Assembly (NCBI GenBank): GCA_963796685.1
Contig: CAWCMR010000010.1
Span: forward strand, 151,943 to 215,942
Source: an uncultured delta proteobacterium
Lineage (GTDB): Bacteria > Myxococcota_A > Polyangia > Fen-1088
Length of the DNA stretch: 64,000 nucleotides
Direction of reading: 5' to 3'
A program made the position numbers and the translations under genes. The notes beneath the pieces are model-generated. The model saw only the letters and a program-made list of their open reading frames with translations. It was not told the origin of the DNA and did no database searches. Positions within the stretch are counted from its first letter, which is position 1; each line of letters starts with the position of its first letter. Shown in pieces: positions 33,629 to 44,545 of the stretch.

Positions 33629-34759
33629 GCGTGGGCAGCGGGGTGCAGCGGCTCTACTTCGTCGTCGTGGTGTGGCTCATGGCGGGCGTGGCCGGGTTGG
33701 GGCTCATCGCTTCGCGGCGCTCGGCGGCCAGCCGTGCCGAGGTCGAGGCCCGCACCGAGATCCGTCGTGCCGGCGCCCGCGTATTGGTGACCACCGCGAC
33801 GCTATCGCCCGCCTCGCGAACACTGCGCCTGCAGGGCGAGGCGCACCCCTTTGCCAGGGTCACCCTGTACGGCAAGATCGCCGGTTATCTGCGCGATGTG
33901 CGCGTGGACAAGGGCGACGAGGTCCGGGCCGGCCAGGTGCTGGCCACCATCATCTCGCCCGAGCTCGATCAACAAGTGCTTGCGGCACAGGCCGACGCGC
34001 AGAACAAATGGCGACAGGCCAAACGCATGCAGATGCTGGCTGGTCCCGGCGTGGTGTCGACCCAAGACGTGGAGGCGGCTACCAGTGGGGCCGACGTCGC
34101 CGAGGCGCAGACCGAGTCCCTGCGCAAGCAAGACGCCTATCGAACCCTGCGCGCGCCCTTTGCCGGCAAGGTGACCGCGCGCTTCGCCGATCCGGGTGCG
34201 CTCATCCAAAGTGCCGCCGACGGCCGCTCCGGTGCCCTTCCCGTGGTTACCGTCTCGGACGTCAAACGCCTGCGCATCTACGTCTACCTGGATCAAGCCA
34301 CGGCGTCTTCCGTGAAGGTCGGCGATATCGCCGTGGTTCGCGTCGCCGAGCGGCCGGGTTGGTCGCGGCCGGCCAGGGTCGCGCGCGTCTCGGGCGAGCT
34401 GACTCCGCACACGCGAACCATGCTGACCGAGGTCGACGTCGACAACCACGAGGGCGCGATACTGGCCGGCAGCTTCGTCGAGGTGGAGATCCGGGTGCGC
34501 GTGCCCAGCCTTGTCGAGATGCCGGTCGAGGCCTTGGTCATGCGCGGGACGCACGCCTTCGCCACCATCGTCGACAGCAACGGCCGCCTGCATTTCCGCC
34601 CCGTGCGACTGGCCGACGACGACGGTGAGACCGCGCGCGTGCTCGAAGGCGTGCGCGCCGGAGAAACCGTGGCACTCAACGTCGGCGAGAGCCTGGAAGA
34701 CGGGGCGTTGGTGCAGCCGGTGCACCGCCAGGGCCCGTGATTGGGGCGGGTCGCTTTCT
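33209..34759 (+). repeat. 1.55-kb direct repeat, copy A (RND 3' end, MFP, junction)
   Basis: Matches 41949-43499 at a constant offset of 8740. Confidence 0.95.
33625..34740 (+). CDS. RND periplasmic adaptor (MFP), copy 1
   Basis: KIAGYLRDVRVDKGDEVRAGQVLA lipoyl-like motif and LRAPFAGKVTAR; ATGA overlap with the RND gene. Confidence 0.92.
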   Translation: MSVGSGVQRLYFVVVVWLMAGVAGLGLIASRRSAASRAEVEARTEIRRAGARVLVTTATLSPASRTLRLQGEAHPFARVTLYGKIAGYLRDVRVDKGDEVRAGQVLATIISPELDQQVLAAQADAQNKWRQAKRMQMLAGPGVVSTQDVEAATSGADVAEAQTESLRKQDAYRTLRAPFAGKVTARFADPGALIQSAADGRSGALPVVTVSDVKRLRIYVYLDQATASSVKVGDIAVVRVAERPGWSRPARVARVSGELTPHTRTMLTEVDVDNHEGAILAGSFVEVEIRVRVPSLVEMPVEALVMRGTHAFATIVDSNGRLHFRPVRLADDDGETARVLEGVRAGETVALNVGESLEDGALVQPVHRQGP

Positions 34760-37694
34760 GGCCCCCGAAGATTCAGCGCTTTCCCAACCCCGCCAATCGC
34801 ACCATCGGCCGCAGGATCTTCGTGCGCAACAAGGGCAAGCAGCATCCGCCCGGGGTGACCATCCACGATCTGGACTCACTGCTCTCGGAGCGCGGGCCAC
34901 GCCCTTGAAGCGGTCCTCGTCCACCAGACGCGCGAAGCCGCGTGAGGTAGGGGCAGGGCGGGCAGGCCCTGGCGTGTCGACGGGCAGGCAGTGGAGACGA
35001 GGGTCCCCCAGCGCTCGACCGCCGAGCCAACCGTGCTCGGTATCCCTGCGCCGCAGCGACCAAGCGCCAGGGCCCTTTCTGCATCCGATGGTGCGGAGCT
35101 GCCTGACCGTGTTGCTTTTTGATTGACAGGCGATGCCGCCCTGCTACTGGCGCGGCGAGTTTAAGATATCGACACAGTCTGGCGAGCAGCTCGAACGACA
35201 GGAGGATCCGGATGGCGACGCCCAAGTTCTTCTTCCCCGTAGCGCTCTTTTGCATCCAACTAATGCCCGCGATTGCAGCGGCCGATGACCTCTCGTGGTG
35301 CCTGCCCGGGGGAGCGAAGAATCCAAACGACAGCTCATTGCCACAGACGACGAAGGACGTGATCGGGGAGGTCTGCAACCAGATGGGCCTCACCAGTTGC
35401 TGCGACCAGCAAAACGGCAGGTGGAGCCTCTACTGCGTGCAGAAGGGTGCAGATTGGCTCTACAAGCAGTCGAGCAAGGATTTGTGCGGACGATTCGCGT
35501 GGGCCAAAGGCCGGGTTTCCAACGGACAACAACGTTATCCGCGCGACTTCAGCTTGGTTACGCTTAATGGCGATGTGTATGGCTTTCAGGACATACAAGG
35601 GCCGATAGCGGCGAACGGGGATGTCACCAGCGGGTATGGGTTCTCCTTGAACGGGTCCTCGCACCTGCCGTTGGCAATGGCGGCAACGGGGCAGGTCCAG
35701 CTCATGTCCGGCACGGTCAACGGTAACGTAAACTACGGAAGCTACGTTCCACCCACCAACGTGACTTTCGTGAATGGCACCGCTTCCAAGGTCGCACCGG
35801 TCAACTTCACCACTCTCGGCACCGACATGCAAACCATGTCAGATGCCCTCAACGGCTACTCCGCCATTGCTGCCACGAGGACGAATCAAACAGTCAAGTT
35901 CGCGGCGCCGAGCTCGTCCTATAACCTGGATCCCGAGCTGAACGTGTTTTCTCTCAGCGCCGATAAGATTGCCGGTGCAACGTCATTTGATTTCGAAGTT
36001 CCGCGCGGATCAGCTGTAATCATCAATGTCACCGGAGACCCCATACACTTCGCGAACGCGGGCACTGTTGGAACGGTGCCATCGAACGGGAAGATTCTTT
36101 GGAACTTCCCCAAAACAACCTCGCTCACCATCAGCTCGACCTTCCTTCCGGGCTCGTTCCTGGCTCCAAGAGCGAATGCGTCCTTCAATTATGGCCAGCT
36201 CAAGGGGACCATCGTCGTGAAATCAGCGAGCCCTGAATGGATTGAGCTTCACTGGGCACCATACCACGGCCTTTTCGCTTCCGGATGTCTGGACTGGGAC
36301 CCCACCTGGTCCTGCTCGGCCGATACCTACCTGGACGACACCGGCTACGTCGGCTTCCCCGCTCCGGAAGCGGGCTTCATTCAGATCGCTGGCGGAGGCT
36401 ACACGTCCGAGAACTGCGGACGGGTGAGCCCGACGCATCGCATTTGGTACTCGTTCCAGCCAGCTTCAGTCAGTCCCGAAACAAAACCGGTCGCGGTCCT
36501 CTTCAACGGTGGTCCGGGAGCAGCGACCTCTGCTGGCCTTTTCGACTTCAACACGGCACCGTGGACCCTCGATCCCGCTAAGGTGCCGGGTACCGTTCAG
36601 ATTCAAGCCAATCCCAGCACTTGGACCCAATTCGCCAACCTACTCTATATCGATGCGCCGGGCACGGGTTTCTCATACCCCCTGCCCGCACCTGACGGAA
36701 GCAAACCCAGCGTGGGCATCGATCTCGATCGCGATGCGGGCGTCGTCCTTGACGTAATGATCCGTTTCCTGAACAACCATCCAGCGATACAGGCCAACCC
36801 GGTGATGCTGGTCGGAGAGAGTTACGGTGGAACGCGAGCCGCTCTAATTCTGGATCACCTACTCAACTACGACTCGCTCGTCAATGGTGGCTCCTATCTC
36901 GATCAGACGTTGCACGACGACCTAGTAAACCACTTCTCGACCATATTCCCCGGGCAGACCAGTTGGAGCAAGACACAGATAACCTCCCAATTCGGGCACC
37001 AGATCCTGATCGAGCCCTATGTCGCCGGCTCCAACCAATATAATACGCAATACAATCAGAATCTACCTCGCGGAGTCAGCTTCACCGTGGACAGGTCCGG
37101 CTGTATTTCAGGTACGTCCACCAATCCCCAGGATGTTTATCAGTGCAACCGGTCCGATTGGTATGATACCTCCAGTACGCTGGTCTCCTGGTATATGGAT
37201 CAACTCGCAACTGCTGCTGGGCGACTCACTCGTCTCGGCGTTCTTGGAGTGGCGCTGGGCGTCGATCCGGCGAGTATCAGTTGGATGTTCGCGGATGCTC
37301 GTCGCTCGGCCTACGGGCGCAGTACGGCGGATGTTGCTACGCCGGAAATGGACCACTTCTTCGGTCAACTGGATACTAGCAATGACCACTACTTCATATC
37401 ACTAAACAACGACGTCCATACGCCATATTCCGAGCCGACGAAATGCACGGCAAGCGGCTCTGGACGCAATTACCTCGATGCAGCGATTGGTACGACATTT
37501 CTAAACGACGTTGCTAGCAACGTGAAGACATTCATCACCTATGCCAAGGATGATATGGTGGTGGACACAATGGCGATTCCGATGGCACTCAACTACTTCT
37601 ATCCCGCTGTGCTACAGAGTGCAGGTTATGACGGCGGTCCCCGGGGGGGCTATGCGCGCCAAGGTTGGATCGAGCTGAGCTATCTGCCTAGCTA

Positions 37695-39466
37695 GAGCTT
37701 GTCGGGAAATTCCCGGCGACCCGGCTCGCGGCACGCAAGCTGCGGGCCGCACACGCTCACGGGTGTCGCCCACGCGCCCCGCGATCCGCTGGCCGAACAC
37801 GCTCACCCTACCGCTCACGGCTACGCTGGCCGGTCCACCGCTCCCCGGCCAGCTCTCTCGCGATAGACCGTCGGATTTCGCGGATTTTTCTTCGATGGGG
37901 GATCGACAACGGCGACGAAATGTGGCTGATGGAAAGTGTGACCAAGGAGGTCTGTGATGTCAGCACGACGCCGGGGCGGCAACAGCCAGCCCGACCTGTT
38001 TCCTCGTTCGAAACGGCCCGCGATTCCATTGCCCGACAATCATCCGATGGTGGTGCTGACCGACACGGTGGACTGGACCGAGATGGAGGCGCAGGCCGAG
38101 AAGGTCCGCGCCAAGAAGCTCAAGAACGCGGCGGGACGCCCGCCGAACTTGCGCGCGACACTCGGAGCGCTGACGCTGATGGCAATTCGCAAAATGCCCT
38201 ACCGCGAGGCGGAAGAGCAAATCCGGTACTACGCGCCGGCGCGATATCTATGCGGATTGACCGAGACGGACTGGACACCGGACTTCACGACGATCCAGGA
38301 TTTTGCGCAGCTTCTGGGCGAAGACGGATGCAGGCTGATCAACGAGGCGGTGGTGAGACAGGCGGTAGCGCTGGGCCTTGCCGACCCCAAGGTCGCAGTG
38401 GCCGACATGACGGCACAGGAAGCGGCGATTCCGCATCCCAACGAGATGGGATTGCTCGGTGGCTTCGTCAAATCCATCGCAGCAGCGGCAAAGAGAGCGG
38501 GACAGGGATTTCAGAGTTTTCTGGGCAAGGTGCACGGCAAGCTTCGAGCAGCCAAGGAGCACGTGCGCAAGTATCGTCTGTTTGCCAAAGGCAAGACCAA
38601 GGCTGCCAAGGATCGGATGGTCGCGCAGATGACCAAGATCATCGAAGGGATCAATCAGGATCTGGGCAAGGCGATCGCGGCTGCCTCGGCGCAGGGATGC
38701 AAGCTCCGTCGTCATGCCGTGGTCGCACAACGCAAGCTCGCAGAATTACACGTAACGATGGGCAAGTTGATTCCGCAGATCCGTCACTGGCTGCGCACCG
38801 GCTTCGTCGCGGCCGGCAAGATCATCAACCTGCACATTCCCCAGGTGTACTCGATCGTGCGCGGCAAAGTGGGCAAGTCGGTCGAGTTCGGGCTGTCGTG
38901 GGGGATCACACGACTGCGTGGCGGCTTCGTACTTGCGACCATGGCCGGGACGAAGACCGATTTCACGGATTCCAGCTACGCCGTACGCGCAGTCGAAGAT
39001 CTCGCGGGGATGTTCGGGAAGGCACCGCGTGCCTACGCGTACGACCGGGGTGGGTACAGCACAGAGAACGTGAAGCGACTTCGCAAGCTTGGCGTTCGCG
39101 ATATTGGATTGGCCCCCCGAGGCCGCACGCCGTGGGAAGTCGAGGGCAAAGTGAAGGACCGCCTCATCAGAGAGCGGGCGATGGTCGAAGGGTCGATTGG
39201 CACCATCAAGTGCCCCAAATATGGATTCAACCGTCCAGCGGCACGCTCAACCGCGATGATGGGACTATGCGGCCAACGAGCTGTGCTTGGGCTGAACCTC
39301 ACCAAGCTGTATCGGGGTGTTGCCGGAAAGAAGGGGATTGCCTTGGCGGTATGAGTGGAAAGCTGGGGGGCGTGGTCCCCTACGAGCAAAATCGGGAAGT
39401 TGGCCGCGCTGGCGGCGTGGGATGGCCCGACATCGCGCTCGGCTCACCGAATTTCCCGACAGGCTC
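37695..39466 (+). mobile_element. IS5-family insertion sequence (1772 bp), apparently intact
   Basis: Terminal IRs GAGCTTGTCGGGAAATTC and GAATTTCCCGACAGGCTC (17/18 match); TAGCTA duplicated at 37689-37694 and 39467-39472. Confidence 0.92.
37957..39354 (+). CDS. DDE transposase, IS5-like
   Basis: PDFTTI, ADMTAQE, RGKVGKSVEFG, YDRGG and ERAMVEGSIGTIK motifs. Confidence 0.88.
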   Translation: MSARRRGGNSQPDLFPRSKRPAIPLPDNHPMVVLTDTVDWTEMEAQAEKVRAKKLKNAAGRPPNLRATLGALTLMAIRKMPYREAEEQIRYYAPARYLCGLTETDWTPDFTTIQDFAQLLGEDGCRLINEAVVRQAVALGLADPKVAVADMTAQEAAIPHPNEMGLLGGFVKSIAAAAKRAGQGFQSFLGKVHGKLRAAKEHVRKYRLFAKGKTKAAKDRMVAQMTKIIEGINQDLGKAIAAASAQGCKLRRHAVVAQRKLAELHVTMGKLIPQIRHWLRTGFVAAGKIINLHIPQVYSIVRGKVGKSVEFGLSWGITRLRGGFVLATMAGTKTDFTDSSYAVRAVEDLAGMFGKAPRAYAYDRGGYSTENVKRLRKLGVRDIGLAPRGRTPWEVEGKVKDRLIRERAMVEGSIGTIKCPKYGFNRPAARSTAMMGLCGQRAVLGLNLTKLYRGVAGKKGIALAV

Positions 39467-39581
39467 TAGCTACTCCCCCACCTCGCAAGAAGTACGCTTT
39501 CCGACTTACGCGACCGCCGGTCACAGCGTTTCCATGGCCATGCCTACGGAGCTCCTCGCCGACGTCATGTCGTGGTACTAG

Positions 39582-40195
39582 TACTACTGTATTGGATAAG
39601 TTGACTCACGATTAGGATGCCCGAAGCTGGGGGCATCAGTAGCTACTGAGGAGCGCTTCCAGGAGTTCATTGCCTGCCTGTTCGCGGCTGTCGGTCACGC
39701 TGACCGTCGAGAGCCGCTGCGGATCTACGTGGCCGGACTCCTCCTGCCCAGAGAGCGCAAGAGCGTAGAGCCCATGGCGACGAGGATCGATCCTCGCCAG
39801 GTGGAGTCGCGCCACCAGTCGATGCATCACTTCGTCGCCGAGGCGCCTGGGATGAAGCCGCAGTCCTGCGGGTTGCAATGTGATTGGGCCGTGGAGCAGT
39901 TCGACCGCAACGGCCCCATCGAAGCCTGGGTTGTCGACGACACAGGGATCCCAAAGAAGGGTAAGCACTCCGTCGGTGACGCGCGGCAGTACTGCAGTAC
40001 TGCGGCGTGCTCGGCAAGCAGGACAATTGAATTGCCAGATCGCCGTCACGGTGTCGCTGGTCAACGAGGTGATGAGCGTCCCCGCTGCGCATCGGCTGTA
40101 TCTGCCTGAGATCTGCGCCAACGACCTTCGGCGGCGGAAAGTCGCGCGGGTGCCTGCAGACGTCAAATTCCAGACGAAGTGGCAGAGGTCAATGA
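39582..40195 (+). mobile_element. IS701-family transposase remnant
   Basis: Frameshifted pieces YVAGLLLPRERKSVEPMA, WVVDDTGIPKKGKHSVG, NCQIAV and RLYLPE…FQTKWQ; truncated. Confidence 0.82.
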
Positions 40196-40337
40196 GTAGT
40201 CGGAGGCTTTTGAGCTCCGATTTGGCGCCCCGTGTAACCGGCGAGATCTTCGTGGTTTGGATTATTCCCTGATTCCGACCGCGCTCTGGTAGACTGGTTC
40301 CACTGAACAACGTGGTTCATCGTGAAGAGGTCGCCAG

Positions 40338-41669
40338 ATGAGTGCAAACATACCAAGATCCAGACGCCTTCTCCGCTGGATGGGCTGGCTGGCAGCTCTG
40401 TGCGTATTTCTCGTCGTTGCGTGTGCGATGAAGGGATGCTCGAAGAACTCGGGCCTGACCATCGGTGGTACCGGGGGAGGACACGGCGACGGCAGCGAAA
40501 TCGACGGCGATAGTGATGTGGCGGGCCATGGCGACGGCGGCGCAAGAGGGAACGGCGGCGCCACAAATACTGGAGGAGGAAATACGAACTTTGACGGCAG
40601 CGTGGCTATGGGCGGCTTCGGCGTGGCCGGAACGACAGGAGGAGCAGGAAACACGGGTGGGGCGCCCTCCACGGACGTCACCACCTCTGGCACGACGATC
40701 GTCAATTGCTCTGGACCTTACAGTACCAATAATGGCTCTATCAACGCGTTGCCAGTGAGCGCGGATGCATCCTGCGCTGGAGGCTGTTCGGCAATTTCGC
40801 CGTCCTCGGCCGTCTGCACAGATCGCGGGTGTTTGGTCACTCTCGCCTTTTGCCAAAGTGGTCCTTCGGGCATTGCGGCAGACGCCAACAATGTATATTG
40901 GACAGGAGCCGATAGCGGAGCCGGTAACGGAGTCCTATACAAGGTCTCTCGCAAGGGTGGCCCTCCGGTTGTTCTCGCTAAAGATTCAACGATGAGCAAT
41001 ATTCTCACCGTGGACTCTGCGAACATTTACTGGAGCGGCTCCTTGAAAATACTCAAGGTGCCTTTGGACGGGAGCGCTTCATCGGCTCTGGTAGGGACCG
41101 GTGCCAGTGGAATTGCGGTTGACGGCTCTTTCCTGTATTGGACTTCTTGGACCAACTCAACTGACGGGGTTGTACTGAAGGTTCCTCTCGGTGGCGGCAC
41201 CCCGGTGACGGTAGCCTCCGGACAGAACCGGCCAACGGCGATCGCCGTGGACGCCGCGAACGTCTACTGGACCAATTACAATGCCGTGATGAAGATGCCT
41301 GTGGCTGGCGGCAAGGTGAGCAAGCTCGCTGACGCAGATTCCAACGGGAGCCCTTTCGCGGTCGCCATCGATGCGACGAACCTATATTATGCTGCCGAGT
41401 CCACCGGCGCCGTGGTCAAGGTACCGTTCGATGGCAGCGCACCCGCGACTATCGCAAGTGGCCAGCAGACGCCGAGTGGCATCGCGGTGGCTGGCGCCAA
41501 CGTGTATTGGCCCGCCAGCAACGGAATCATGACGGTGCCAATTGACGGCAGTGCGCCTGCCATCTTCACACTGCCGCTCTCTCCCAAAACTGGCTCCCAG
41601 TCCCCGCGAGGTATTGCCGCGTTCGGATCAACCGTGTTTTGGATCGACCAACCCAGCCCAGTCCTGTGA
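40338..41669 (+). CDS. Secreted/membrane-anchored Gly-rich-linker beta-propeller protein (DUF5050-like repeats)
   Basis: Hydrophobic N-terminus with Cys; Gly/Thr linker; about 7 PxGIAVDxxNVYW repeats; codon usage less GC-rich than the flanks. Confidence 0.8.
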   Translation: MSANIPRSRRLLRWMGWLAALCVFLVVACAMKGCSKNSGLTIGGTGGGHGDGSEIDGDSDVAGHGDGGARGNGGATNTGGGNTNFDGSVAMGGFGVAGTTGGAGNTGGAPSTDVTTSGTTIVNCSGPYSTNNGSINALPVSADASCAGGCSAISPSSAVCTDRGCLVTLAFCQSGPSGIAADANNVYWTGADSGAGNGVLYKVSRKGGPPVVLAKDSTMSNILTVDSANIYWSGSLKILKVPLDGSASSALVGTGASGIAVDGSFLYWTSWTNSTDGVVLKVPLGGGTPVTVASGQNRPTAIAVDAANVYWTNYNAVMKMPVAGGKVSKLADADSNGSPFAVAIDATNLYYAAESTGAVVKVPFDGSAPATIASGQQTPSGIAVAGANVYWPASNGIMTVPIDGSAPAIFTLPLSPKTGSQSPRGIAAFGSTVFWIDQPSPVL

Positions 41670-41948
41670 CGCCGGCGCGCCGTAAGGAGCCGCGCAAGAA
41701 TAAGTTAGCACGAGCTGGCGCGGCCTAACAGTTTGCGAGGCGTAGCTCGTAGCTCGTGGCCCGACAGCGATGCTTTGGAGCATCGGTACCGCGACTGTGT
41801 GCGGAGACCTTTCGTAGAAGAGCGTACGCAACAGCGTCAGCGCCGGAATCATGGAGGAATTGGCGATTTGGGAAGGCTGGCTTGCTGACCACTGCACTCG
41901 CTGCAGGTCATCGCCCGGTTCGCTGCAAGGCGCTCCGCCCGTGTAAGC

Positions 41949-42368
41949 TCCTTCATGGGGACAATCATGTCGGTCGGAATTGCCGTGTCGAACTCCATCC
42001 TGCTCGTGTCCTTTGCCAACGATCACCGCCTGGAAGCCGGCGTCACGCCGTTCATGGCGGCGCTTGAAGCCGGGCGCACGCGCCTGCGTCCGGTCTTGAT
42101 GACGGCGCTGGCCATGATCATCGGTATGATTCCCATGGCGCTCGGCCTGGGCGAGGCCGGCGAGCAGAACGCTCCGCTCGGGCGCGCGGTCATCGGCGGG
42201 CTTTTGATGGCGACGTTCGTGACCTTGTTGGTCGTGCCCGCGGTTTACGCGACCCTGCGGACCAAGCTGCCCGTGCGCCACCTGCTCGACGAAAAATTCC
42301 GGGCCGAGGCGCGCGGCGAAGTGTGGACGCCCCCCGCGCGCGGCGTTGGGGAAGGAGCGTCGTCATGA
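41949..42368 (+). pseudogene. 3' fragment of the RND permease gene
   Basis: Only the last ~139 codons of the RND gene are present. Confidence 0.9.
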
Positions 42369-43480
42369 GCGTGGGCAGCGGGGTGCAGCGGCTCTACTTC
42401 GTCGTCGTGGTGTGGCTCATGGCGGGCGTGGCCGGGTTGGGGCTCATCGCTTCGCGGCGCTCGGCGGCCAGCCGTGCCGAGGTCGAGGCCCGCACCGAGA
42501 TCCGTCGTGCCGGCGCCCGCGTATTGGTGACCACCGCGACGCTATCGCCCGCCTCGCGAACACTGCGCCTGCAGGGCGAGGCGCACCCCTTTGCCAGGGT
42601 CACCCTGTACGGCAAGATCGCCGGTTATCTGCGCGATGTGCGCGTGGACAAGGGCGACGAGGTCCGGGCCGGCCAGGTGCTGGCCACCATCATCTCGCCC
42701 GAGCTCGATCAACAAGTGCTTGCGGCACAGGCCGACGCGCAGAACAAATGGCGACAGGCCAAACGCATGCAGATGCTGGCTGGTCCCGGCGTGGTGTCGA
42801 CCCAAGACGTGGAGGCGGCTACCAGTGGGGCCGACGTCGCCGAGGCGCAGACCGAGTCCCTGCGCAAGCAAGACGCCTATCGAACCCTGCGCGCGCCCTT
42901 TGCCGGCAAGGTGACCGCGCGCTTCGCCGATCCGGGTGCGCTCATCCAAAGTGCCGCCGACGGCCGCTCCGGTGCCCTTCCCGTGGTTACCGTCTCGGAC
43001 GTCAAACGCCTGCGCATCTACGTCTACCTGGATCAAGCCACGGCGTCTTCCGTGAAGGTCGGCGATATCGCCGTGGTTCGCGTCGCCGAGCGGCCGGGTT
43101 GGTCGCGGCCGGCCAGGGTCGCGCGCGTCTCGGGCGAGCTGACTCCGCACACGCGAACCATGCTGACCGAGGTCGACGTCGACAACCACGAGGGCGCGAT
43201 ACTGGCCGGCAGCTTCGTCGAGGTGGAGATCCGGGTGCGCGTGCCCAGCCTTGTCGAGATGCCGGTCGAGGCCTTGGTCATGCGCGGGACGCACGCCTTC
43301 GCCACCATCGTCGACAGCAACGGCCGCCTGCATTTCCGCCCCGTGCGACTGGCCGACGACGACGGTGAGACCGCGCGCGTGCTCGAAGGCGTGCGCGCCG
43401 GAGAAACCGTGGCACTCAACGTCGGCGAGAGCCTGGAAGACGGGGCGTTGGTGCAGCCGGTGCACCGCCAGGGCCCGTGA
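42365..43480 (+). CDS. RND periplasmic adaptor (MFP), copy 2
   Basis: Protein identical to 33625..34740. Confidence 0.9.
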   Translation: MSVGSGVQRLYFVVVVWLMAGVAGLGLIASRRSAASRAEVEARTEIRRAGARVLVTTATLSPASRTLRLQGEAHPFARVTLYGKIAGYLRDVRVDKGDEVRAGQVLATIISPELDQQVLAAQADAQNKWRQAKRMQMLAGPGVVSTQDVEAATSGADVAEAQTESLRKQDAYRTLRAPFAGKVTARFADPGALIQSAADGRSGALPVVTVSDVKRLRIYVYLDQATASSVKVGDIAVVRVAERPGWSRPARVARVSGELTPHTRTMLTEVDVDNHEGAILAGSFVEVEIRVRVPSLVEMPVEALVMRGTHAFATIVDSNGRLHFRPVRLADDDGETARVLEGVRAGETVALNVGESLEDGALVQPVHRQGP

Positions 43481-43511
43481 TTGGGGCGGGTCGCTTTCTA
43501 GCCCGCCGATT

Positions 43512-43647
43512 TCATGCTTCTCCCCAATCCAGCGGTAGGCCAACGTAGTTCTCGGCGAGGGACTTGGCCGCGGCTGACGAATGCGCGACGTACTCGAGCT
43601 GCGAGAGCTGAAGACGCTCACGGAACGGATCCGTCCCGGGGAACCGA
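43512..43647 (-). pseudogene. 3' fragment of pobA
   Basis: RFPGTDPFRERLQLSQLEYVAHSSAAAKSLAENYVGLPLDWGEA-stop; near-identical to 52882-53017. Confidence 0.92.
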
Positions 43648-43940
43648 GAGCGCCGGTTAACAGGAGACCTCGCGCTTTCGTTCCTCCTCCCTCCACCCAG
43701 GGTTATCGAGACTGAAGGACGTGATGAGACCTGTGCCTCGCTCACGCAGAGGGCCACGAGAAAGACATCCATGAACTTGCCGTTGCCGCTGCTGGCAGCG
43801 TCGGCGTGTGGCTTGGCCGGGTTCTCCAAGAGCAAGTCGAGAACACGAATCACCATCATGAGGAACGGAGCCATCAGTGGAAAATCGCCGCCTCGTCCCC
43901 GCCCACCCGGTCAACGCCCGTGCAACTGCGCCGCGTTGGC

Positions 43941-44189
43941 TCAAAGTCTTTCCGCGTCGTGCGCGTGTCCGATGGCGGATCGCAGCCCGGGCTCGAGCTT
44001 CCGGCAGTCGAACGTCACTTTCTCCGATTGCACTGAGACAACGGCATCGACCGGCACCTGGAAGTCCCCGGCATTCTCGACATAGACGGTGAGCGCGCGG
44101 CCATCGGGAGAAATTCCACGTATTGCCCCGAACTCCTCTTTGCTATCCGCCACGAACGTCTGGAAACCAACCTCAATCTTCTCGCGCAT
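43941..44189 (-). CDS. Small conserved-looking hypothetical protein (beta-barrel-like)
   Basis: GAGGAGGTG RBS; EEFGAIR…VYVENAGDF…AIGHAHDAE has normal protein composition. Confidence 0.75.
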   Translation of the reverse strand: MREKIEVGFQTFVADSKEEFGAIRGISPDGRALTVYVENAGDFQVPVDAVVSVQSEKVTFDCRKLEPGLRSAIGHAHDAERL

Positions 44190-44545
44190 GAATCACCTCC
44201 TCTGCCTAAACCTGGTTTCGGTGTAGCAGGGCGATCCGTTGGAGGCAAGCGGCAGTGAGCGTCCGGCAAGGAACCTTTGTCGGCAGTGATGCCGCGCTTG
44301 CTCAGCGCTCGGGGTTGCACCATCGCCGTGGGTGCCAGCGTCGCGTCTGCTTGCTCCGAAGATGGGTCACGGACCGCGGCTCGACAATCCGATCGTCAAG
44401 TAGGGCTCGGTGGTGCCGTAGCGTGATTCCAGTTCGGAATGTCTGCGTTCACAGCGCGGCTGAGTGCATCCGTAGCACCACTTCTGGCATCACATCACTC
44501 GCAAGGGGCATCAATACCTCACAACTTCAACTAAGGATCCATGAC

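Larger units (their letters stand above)
35212..39581 (+). pseudogene. Secreted choice-of-anchor-A / serine carboxypeptidase (S10) fusion interrupted by an IS
   Basis: AGGAGG RBS and signal peptide; VIINVTG…ILWNFP…GSFLAP domain; FNGGPG, LLYIDAPGTGFSY and GESYGG; frame resumes after the IS as YSPTSQEVRFPTYATAGHSV…WY-stop at 39581. Confidence 0.85.
41949..43499 (+). repeat. 1.55-kb direct repeat, copy B
   Basis: Copy of 33209-34759; 11 substitutions in the first ~126 nt, then identical by eye. Confidence 0.95.

Noticed and set aside
41690-41735. attC-like pieces GTTAGCA and GCCTAAC after the beta-propeller gene
   Set aside because: Wrong order for a single attC and no extended pairing.
43641-43644. 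GAAC at the end of the pobA fragment as an IS91 termination site
   Set aside because: Orientation appears wrong for the minus-strand element, and a tetramer is expected by chance.
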